This document shows, in pieces, positions 57,644 through 64,000 of a stretch of DNA of 64,000 nucleotides. A program made the position numbers and the translations under genes. The notes under the pieces were generated by a model, which saw nothing but the letters and a program-made list of their open reading frames with translations, made no database searches and was not told where the DNA came from. Position 1 is the stretch's first letter. Every line of letters begins with the position of its first letter. This DNA is from Armatimonadota bacterium (GTDB lineage Bacteria > Armatimonadota > Zipacnadia > Zipacnadales > JABUFB01). The stretch is taken from contig JABUFB010000019.1 in assembly GCA_013314775.1 (NCBI GenBank), forward strand, positions 3,189 to 67,188, in the 5' to 3' direction.

Positions 57644-60600
57644 ATGAAGCTCCTGGTACACGCGATTCTTGCACTGCTCCTGTGCAGCATTCCGGCTCTG
57701 GCACAGGATGCGGATGGCGACGGCATACCAGACGTGGTTGAGGCTGACCTAGGCTCCTCCGTCCAGCGCGCACAGGAGTTCACTCGGCTCGCCTATGACG
57801 GAAGCGCAGAAGCCGGCGACCGGTCCCTCAGCAGCAGTTTTGCGAACGCGCCGGACTTCCTCGAGATCGGCCTGGCGAACATCGCGGCAGACCGCTGGCT
57901 GTTCCGGGTGACTTTCGCCGGAGATTATGTGCATGACGGGAACACGTTCATTCTGTACCTGGACGTGGATCGCGACCTCACCACCGGCCGCCAGGACGTG
58001 AAGGCGAACCAAGGCACGGACATTATGTACGTGCAGCAAAACGGGAAGTTCACGACCGCCGAGCACACCAAAGGTCTCCAGCGTGGCCCGGCGCGCCTGG
58101 CGGTTGTGGGCAATGCGTTGTACATCAGCACCGACGCGGCAATCGGCGAGGGCAATGCGGACGGTAAGCTGCGGTTCAAAGCACTGTCCCATGTCTCGCC
58201 GCCGAAAGCAAATGATTCGGACAACATGGACTGGGTGGTGGTTGACCTTCCCCCAGTCGTCGGCGCGGTAAAGCCCCGAGTTGGCCCGCCGCTGCCGGAG
58301 CCACCGCTGTCCGGCCTCGTCACCGACCAGCCCGACGCAGACCGCGACGGTATCCCCGATGGGGTGGAACTGGCTCTGGGGAGCAACGTGGAGATCGCCG
58401 AGCCGATGTATCTCGTGCTGGATGACGGTGTATGCGGCGTGGATGACAAGACGGTGCGGCAGGGCCGGAAATCAGCGCCGGATGTGAGCCGGGTGCATTT
58501 CGGGAACGTGGGACAGGATCGGTACATCTGGAAGCTGGAGTTCGCCGAAGATTTCGTGGCCCCCGGCACGGTACTGATTCTCTACCTCGACGCCGACAAT
58601 CGCACGGACACCGGACGGCAGGATTTCGCTCTCGGCGTGGACGTGATGCTCACCTGCGTGGACGGCGGCTTCGCGCCGACCATCATCAACGCAGGCGTGG
58701 CCGGAATGGACCGGCGGCTGCGCGGTATCATCGATGGCAAGTCGGTGTGGATGAGCATGGATCTGCGCATGAACCACACCGAAGATGGGCACACTGAAAC
58801 CCGCGCCCATGTCCTGTGTCATCGCCGCCCCGAGACCCAGGATGCTGACTTCACCGAGTGGTTCGTGCATTACGGGCCGGGTGAGTCCGACCGGCCCAAG
58901 CCCCGAGCAGGCAGCGTATCGGAGTTCCGTTCCGAGAACCTCAACGTGGAGATGCCCTGGCTGGGCTGGCGCGATGACCTGCGCAAGCTGCAAGTCATCG
59001 ATCTGCCGGCGGCGGAGGCGCAGCTGGACGGCATGCGCCTGTTCGACCGCGCGGTGGTGCCAGAGAGCCCCGGAGCCACCGCAACTTTCGCCTCGCCGGC
59101 GGAAGGCCGCTTCCACCTGTGCTTTGTGGTGCAGGACAGCGCCGTCGGGGACGAGACGCTGACGGTTGACGTTGCAGGGACGCCGGTTGCCCGCGCGGTG
59201 GCTGCGGAGAATGACGGCCTGTTCCACCTGTACACCACCCGCGAACCCGTGGAGCTGGCGAAAGGCCAGCCGATCCGCTTCACCGCACAGGAGCCCGCCC
59301 AGGACTTCCAGGTATCCGAGGTGTTTCTGTCGCCGAGCGTTCCCAGGCCGCGTGACCTGGAAATCAGGCACCTGTCTGCCTATTGCGCTCCGGACCAGTC
59401 GGGCGACCTGGTGGATGTGGACATCTGCTGGCTCACCAACTACCCCGACGGCGCCGCAGTGATATGGGGGCCGGGAGATCAGCCAACGCGCAGGCAGGAA
59501 TCCCCGATCCAGGGCGGCTACAGCCACAAGGTCACCCTTACCGGCCTGCAGCGCGGCGAGGCCTACTGTGCGCGAGTGGAGACGGCCGGGGGACGCCTGC
59601 GCTCTGAGCTTCTGCGCTTCGTGGCCGAACCGTTGAGCCTGGCGAGCGGAACTGCTCGACGCGAGAGGGTCCGGCTTCATGTCAGCGCCTCGGAAGGCGC
59701 GGAGATAGATGGCTGGCCGGTTGAGGGCGGGGTCCCGCTGCCCGCAGGCGCGCTGTCCTCTGTTGGGCACTGCCGGGTGATCAGTAATGCGGGTGAGGTG
59801 GTCCCGGCCAGCTTCAGGGCTCTCGGCTGGTGGCCCGACGGGAGCATCAAGTGGGTGCTGGTGAGTCTGCCCGACGGGGAAGGCGGACCCTTTGAGCTGG
59901 AGTACGGGGAGGAGGTGCAGGCCGACAGCCCGCAGCTGGTCACCGTTGCGGAGGACGAGGCAGGGCTGACTGTGTCCAATGGCATCCTCCGGGCGCGCAT
60001 CAGCCGCAACGGCTTCGCCCCGCCCGGCGAAGTGCGCCTGGACCTCAACGGCGACGGGCAGTTCGCGGACAATGAAGTGGTTGCTCCCGCCGACCAGCCA
60101 GGAATCGCTCTCACCGACAGCGCCGGCAAGCGCTATACCAGCAAGACGGGTCCGGTGAACTTGCGGTTGGAGGAAATCGGGCCGACTCGCGCGGTGCTGC
60201 TGGCAGAGGGCCCTCTGCAGGCTGAGGATGGCGGCAGGCTCATGCGCTACCGCTGCCGGATGACCTTCCATGCGGGCTTTGCGGGTATTCCCACCGTCTT
60301 CACCCTCGTCAACGGTGAGGGTACGTCGGCCATGCCCCCCACAATGACTGCGGTGAAGAGCCTGTCCCTGACGATGGATACCGGCCAAGGCAATCAGGCG
60401 CCCGTACGGGTGCTGCAGGACTACGACAGCCATACCGTGACCACCGAAGGCGGTACCCGGACGGAATCTGAAGGTCGTCCGCTGGGCGTCGTGAGCGCAC
60501 AGGACGAGAAGGCTCGGGCGACCCTCTGCCTGCGAGACTTCTGGCAACTATACCCAAAGGCCACCAGTCGCTCCGCCGGTGGAGAACTGTCCGTGGAGCT

Positions 60601-62863
60601 CCTGCCGGAGCTGCCCTCCGACCAGTACGCCCAGCACACCGATCCGAAGCTGAAGACCCAGCATTATTACTGGTTCAGAGATGGTGCGTACCAGGTCCCA
60701 TGCGGCGTGGCACTGAGCCATGACATTCTGTTCCACTTCGCTTCGCCGGGACAGAGTCCCGATACGGTGGCGGCTCAGTGGCAGGCGACACGGCTTCTGA
60801 CAGCGGAGCCTGGGCACTACTGCGCTTCCGGGGCCCTGATGGACATTGCGCCCGAAAAGGTGGGAGTGTTCGGCTCCTTCCAAGACTACGTGCGGCGTGG
60901 TCTGGCCCGTATCAACGACGCGCGGGAGCGAGTGCGCGAATACAGCTACATGAACTTCGGTGACTGGTACGGCGAGCGTGGCGTGAACTGGGGTAACCTG
61001 GAATATGACCTGCAATGGGGGCTGCTCCTGCAGTTTGCCCGCAGCGGAGACCTGGCGTTTTTCGACCGGGCGGAAGAAGCCGCGCGACACATGGCTGCCA
61101 TCGATATCATCAACGCTTCGCCCCAGGCAAGTCAGGTCGGGCGCGTCCACGTTCACGGTCTCGGGCACACGGGCGGGTTCGGGATGGAGAGGGTGCCGGG
61201 CGCTGAGTACTGGTTCGACAGCGGCGGGCACGATATCGGCCATACCTGGACCCAGGGCACTTACGCGACCTATTGCCTCACCGGGGACAGACGGTACCTG
61301 GAGAGCGCCGACCTGGTTGCGGACTGGATGGCCACCGCGTACACCCAGAGCCTGCAGGACCAGATCCATCGAAACTACGGCTGGGCGACCCTCGCTGTGC
61401 TGGGCGGGTATGCGGTGAAGCCCGATCCGCACTTGCTCAATGCCGCTCGGCTCTTCTGCGACCATATGGTTGCGCGTCAGGATCCGGGAACGGGCGTCTG
61501 GGCCCATGCCATCGGCGAGTGCGAACACAAGCCGCAACACATGGGCGGGAAGGTCTTCATGAGCGGCGTGGATATGACGGCGCTGCGCACGCTGGACATA
61601 ATCGAGCCTCGGGACGATCTCAAGCACGCCATCGCGCGGAACTGCGACTGGATGTACACGCGCATGTGGCAACCGGGCGACAACAACTTCCAGTATGCCC
61701 AATGCACCCAGTTCGACAAGAGCTCAACCCACGCCGGCACCTGGATGGCTTGCGAGGGGCTGGCGTACGCATACGAACTGACCGGGGATGACCGGTACCG
61801 GGAGATGCTGTTGCGATCCCTGGGCGACAGCATGCAGCGCGGGCCGGGAGGTGATGGGAAGACGTACGCCATGCAGATTCGCATGGTGCCGTATGCCCTG
61901 GCAATTCTAGAGCGCCTGGGGATGGACGAGCTTCCCCTGCCCCCTCCTCCGGCGCCCGATGTGACCTGGGATCGCGGCCTGTACCTGTCGCCTGAGGGCG
62001 GCCGAGTCGCGCTGTATGTCAACAACCGGGCGGCAACGCCTGTGGCGGCTCGCGTGAGAGTGGTCTCGGTGCCGGAAGGACTGGTCGCGGCCAGTGAGAC
62101 GGTAGAATGGAACGCTGCTTCGGGAAGGACCGCAGGACCGGCGCTCGGCTTCACCGGAAAGGCACAGGATGCCGCGAAGGTGGTGCTGGAGTACGAGGTC
62201 GGGCAGGTGCGCGGAAAGGCGGAGATCCCCGTGCGCAATGCGGCGGCGGTGGAGGTCGGGCAGGGAGCGGGTTACATCGGCGCGCCGCCCGACCCGCTGG
62301 GGCTTGCGTTGCAGAAGCTGGGCATCTCCCTGCCCCCCCTTGAGCAGCTGGACAGCGCCACGCTGGCTAAGTGCGGTGGCTTGATTATCGGCGCTGAAGC
62401 TCACTCCAAGGATTTCGCGGGCTTGAAGCAGAATCCGTACGCGCTCGCGGACTTCATCCTCTCCGGCGGGCGCGTCGCTATCCTGCAGCTTCAAGATTCC
62501 GACTACGAGACGGGTTATCTGCCCTTCGATATCCAGGTACACGAGGACGCTTCGAGCCTGGGCAGGATCACATTGCCCGGCCATCCGCTGTTCACGCGGC
62601 CCAATCGAGTGGAGTCGCTTTCGGGGGCGATTGAGTACGACCGGCTCACGGGCGCGGGGCCCGGATGGCAGGTGCTGGCGGTGGACGCAGGTGGCGCTCC
62701 GGCGATCATCCACGCGAAGGCGGGCAAAGGTGAGGTCGTGGTGGTGCAGGCATCGGTGGATCGTTACATCACCGGCGAGGTCAGCCCGACCGGGACGCTG
62801 CGGGTCGAGGACTGCGAAGCCTTCCTGCGCAATCTGGTGGAGTGGGTGAAGGGGCGCGGATAG
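57644..62863 (+). CDS. Large secreted multidomain protein with an exo-rhamnogalacturonan-lyase-like (RIFT barrel + alpha/alpha toroid) core
   Basis: Signal peptide; two DxDxDGIPD modules; FN3-like segment; WPVEGGVPLPAGAL...WPDGSIKW; DFWQLYPK; MNFGDW...WGNLEYD; HTW..G. Confidence 0.7.
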   Translation: MKLLVHAILALLLCSIPALAQDADGDGIPDVVEADLGSSVQRAQEFTRLAYDGSAEAGDRSLSSSFANAPDFLEIGLANIAADRWLFRVTFAGDYVHDGNTFILYLDVDRDLTTGRQDVKANQGTDIMYVQQNGKFTTAEHTKGLQRGPARLAVVGNALYISTDAAIGEGNADGKLRFKALSHVSPPKANDSDNMDWVVVDLPPVVGAVKPRVGPPLPEPPLSGLVTDQPDADRDGIPDGVELALGSNVEIAEPMYLVLDDGVCGVDDKTVRQGRKSAPDVSRVHFGNVGQDRYIWKLEFAEDFVAPGTVLILYLDADNRTDTGRQDFALGVDVMLTCVDGGFAPTIINAGVAGMDRRLRGIIDGKSVWMSMDLRMNHTEDGHTETRAHVLCHRRPETQDADFTEWFVHYGPGESDRPKPRAGSVSEFRSENLNVEMPWLGWRDDLRKLQVIDLPAAEAQLDGMRLFDRAVVPESPGATATFASPAEGRFHLCFVVQDSAVGDETLTVDVAGTPVARAVAAENDGLFHLYTTREPVELAKGQPIRFTAQEPAQDFQVSEVFLSPSVPRPRDLEIRHLSAYCAPDQSGDLVDVDICWLTNYPDGAAVIWGPGDQPTRRQESPIQGGYSHKVTLTGLQRGEAYCARVETAGGRLRSELLRFVAEPLSLASGTARRERVRLHVSASEGAEIDGWPVEGGVPLPAGALSSVGHCRVISNAGEVVPASFRALGWWPDGSIKWVLVSLPDGEGGPFELEYGEEVQADSPQLVTVAEDEAGLTVSNGILRARISRNGFAPPGEVRLDLNGDGQFADNEVVAPADQPGIALTDSAGKRYTSKTGPVNLRLEEIGPTRAVLLAEGPLQAEDGGRLMRYRCRMTFHAGFAGIPTVFTLVNGEGTSAMPPTMTAVKSLSLTMDTGQGNQAPVRVLQDYDSHTVTTEGGTRTESEGRPLGVVSAQDEKARATLCLRDFWQLYPKATSRSAGGELSVELLPELPSDQYAQHTDPKLKTQHYYWFRDGAYQVPCGVALSHDILFHFASPGQSPDTVAAQWQATRLLTAEPGHYCASGALMDIAPEKVGVFGSFQDYVRRGLARINDARERVREYSYMNFGDWYGERGVNWGNLEYDLQWGLLLQFARSGDLAFFDRAEEAARHMAAIDIINASPQASQVGRVHVHGLGHTGGFGMERVPGAEYWFDSGGHDIGHTWTQGTYATYCLTGDRRYLESADLVADWMATAYTQSLQDQIHRNYGWATLAVLGGYAVKPDPHLLNAARLFCDHMVARQDPGTGVWAHAIGECEHKPQHMGGKVFMSGVDMTALRTLDIIEPRDDLKHAIARNCDWMYTRMWQPGDNNFQYAQCTQFDKSSTHAGTWMACEGLAYAYELTGDDRYREMLLRSLGDSMQRGPGGDGKTYAMQIRMVPYALAILERLGMDELPLPPPPAPDVTWDRGLYLSPEGGRVALYVNNRAATPVAARVRVVSVPEGLVAASETVEWNAASGRTAGPALGFTGKAQDAAKVVLEYEVGQVRGKAEIPVRNAAAVEVGQGAGYIGAPPDPLGLALQKLGISLPPLEQLDSATLAKCGGLIIGAEAHSKDFAGLKQNPYALADFILSGGRVAILQLQDSDYETGYLPFDIQVHEDASSLGRITLPGHPLFTRPNRVESLSGAIEYDRLTGAGPGWQVLAVDAGGAPAIIHAKAGKGEVVVVQASVDRYITGEVSPTGTLRVEDCEAFLRNLVEWVKGRG

Positions 62864-62900
62864 CGGGTGCAAATTCCGTGTTAGGGAGCTTCGGGACGCC

Positions 62901-62928
62901 TTGACATCTCGGCTCAGACGGTCATAAT
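62901..62928 (+). promoter_or_regulatory. Sigma70-type promoter
   Basis: TTGACA-16 bp-CATAAT upstream of the DUF1559 gene. Confidence 0.6.
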
Positions 62929-62973
62929 GCGCGTCTGTCCGAGCCGTCTCAACCCCAAACGGAGGCGTCCGTC

Positions 62974-63606
62974 ATGACACGTCGTGGTTTTACATTGATC
63001 GAGTTGTTGGTCGTTATCGCGATCATCGCGATCCTTGCCGCAATTCTCTTTCCGGTCTTCGCCCGGGCGCGGGAGAAGGCCCGTCAGACCAGTTGCCTGA
63101 GCAATATCAAGCAGTTGTCCACGGGCTTCGCCATGTATGTGCAGGACTACGATGAGCGTCTGGGCCGTTACTGCTCCTGGCTCGTGGCCAGTTCCTGGAA
63201 CACTCCCAATGACAAGACGAACCTGAACAAGGGCGTGGAGCCCTATGTCAAGAATACCCAGGTCTTCCTGTGCCCGAGTTTCTCCGGCGGCTACCGGTAC
63301 GGCCCGAACGGCGCCTGGACCCCGTGCGGCTCCTACGGCTGGAGCATCAATGCCACCCGGGACTTCCCGTCACTGGCGCAGTTCAAGGAAGTCGCGCAGA
63401 CCATCATCCTCGCCGACAGCAGCAGCGGCGGTTGCTGGATGGGCTACTACAACAACCAGATGTACTACACCACGGGTGTGCACAATGAGGGCGCCAACGT
63501 GGGGTTCCTGGACGGGCATGCGAAGTGGATGAAGAAGGACAACCTGGAAGATACAGCGGCCATCAACGGCATGTGGCGCGGCGCAATGTGCCCGGGAGGG
63601 TACTGA
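62974..63606 (+). CDS. Prepilin-type N-methylation / DUF1559 / H-X9-DG protein
   Basis: [56 protein letters not shown]. Confidence 0.9.
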   Translation: MTRRGFTLIELLVVIAIIAILAAILFPVFARAREKARQTSCLSNIKQLSTGFAMYVQDYDERLGRYCSWLVASSWNTPNDKTNLNKGVEPYVKNTQVFLCPSFSGGYRYGPNGAWTPCGSYGWSINATRDFPSLAQFKEVAQTIILADSSSGGCWMGYYNNQMYYTTGVHNEGANVGFLDGHAKWMKKDNLEDTAAINGMWRGAMCPGGY

Positions 63607-63648
63607 GCGGCGCTCTCCCCGACGCGAAGACTGCAGATGACCGCGGAA

Positions 63649-63679
63649 CCGCCCGGCACGGAACCACGTGCCGGGCGGT
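63649..63679 (+). terminator. Strong GC hairpin downstream of the DUF1559 gene (terminator or mRNA stabiliser)
   Basis: CCGCCCGGCACG-GAACCA-CGTGCCGGGCGG; no clear U tract. Confidence 0.4.
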
Positions 63680-63793
63680 GTCTCAAGCGCGGCCGGCGAA
63701 GCCTTTCTTTCCTGATACCCACAAGGACTTCCCCTCCTCGCGGCGAACTGCCCGCGGACGTCTGACGCTCCGAACTTGAAAGGACCACCGAAC

Positions 63794-64000
63794 ATGGCCG
63801 AGTACCGCTCTCTCCTGCTGGGCTGCGGGGGCCGGGGTACCGCTCACGCCCGAGCATACGCGCAACTGCCGAACATGCATCTCGTCGCCGTCTGCGACGC
63901 CATTGAGGAACGCTGCGACCGCTATCGGGAGACCTACGGCGTGCCCGAGGCGTACTCCGACTTCGAGCAGGCGCTGGATGCTGTCCGCCCCGACATCGTT
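63794..64000 (+). CDS. Gfo/Idh/MocA-family oxidoreductase, N-terminal part (runs off the window edge)
   Basis: Manual translation: MAEYRSLLLGCGGRGTAHARAY...LVAVCDAIEER...RPDIV; AAAGGA RBS. Confidence 0.8.
   Translation, partial: MAEYRSLLLGCGGRGTAHARAYAQLPNMHLVAVCDAIEERCDRYRETYGVPEAYSDFEQALDAVRPDIV

Noticed and set aside
1110..62872. Many long antisense or alternate-frame ORFs (e.g. 1110-2447, 6490-7947, 13462-15327, 50560-52224, 58472-60547)
   Set aside because: They are shadow ORFs expected in high-GC DNA opposite well-supported genes, with no motifs or RBS.
1..64000. Selenoprotein (UGA read-through) gene suggested by selB
   Set aside because: I saw no ORF pair split by an in-frame TGA at a catalytic Cys position; this was not exhaustively tested.

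Overview
High-GC bacterial chromosomal window with about 50 CDS. The two prepilin/DUF1559-type proteins ([33 protein letters not shown]) point to Armatimonadota, but this is an inference. Housekeeping genes: trmFO-xerC-hslV-hslU, selB, a csp gene and hisH-hisA-hisD. There are many carbohydrate and small-molecule catabolic genes (GH20, GH51, GH88/105, a BNR sialidase-like protein, a 1739-aa RG-lyase-like protein, three Gfo/Idh/MocA oxidoreductases) and clusters of REP/BIME-like palindromes. The most unusual locus is 21050-27214, where two modules are transcribed divergently. Leftward, a small wHTH-like gene is coupled to a double-domain KaiC-family ATPase fused to a complete sugar-type solute-binding domain with no export signal. 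Rightward, an MGTS-start QatB-like protein fused to an intact LexA/S24 autopeptidase is followed by a QatC-type QueC enzyme, with no qatA or qatD. Other notable items: a candidate SOS-box-controlled small membrane protein, a PARIS-like ABC ATPase + TOPRIM pair after hisD, an internally deleted and frameshifted phnX, and a tandem nitrilase with a split catalytic triad. No rRNA, tRNA, CRISPR array or transposase was recognised. All family assignments are from motif reading by eye, not database searches.
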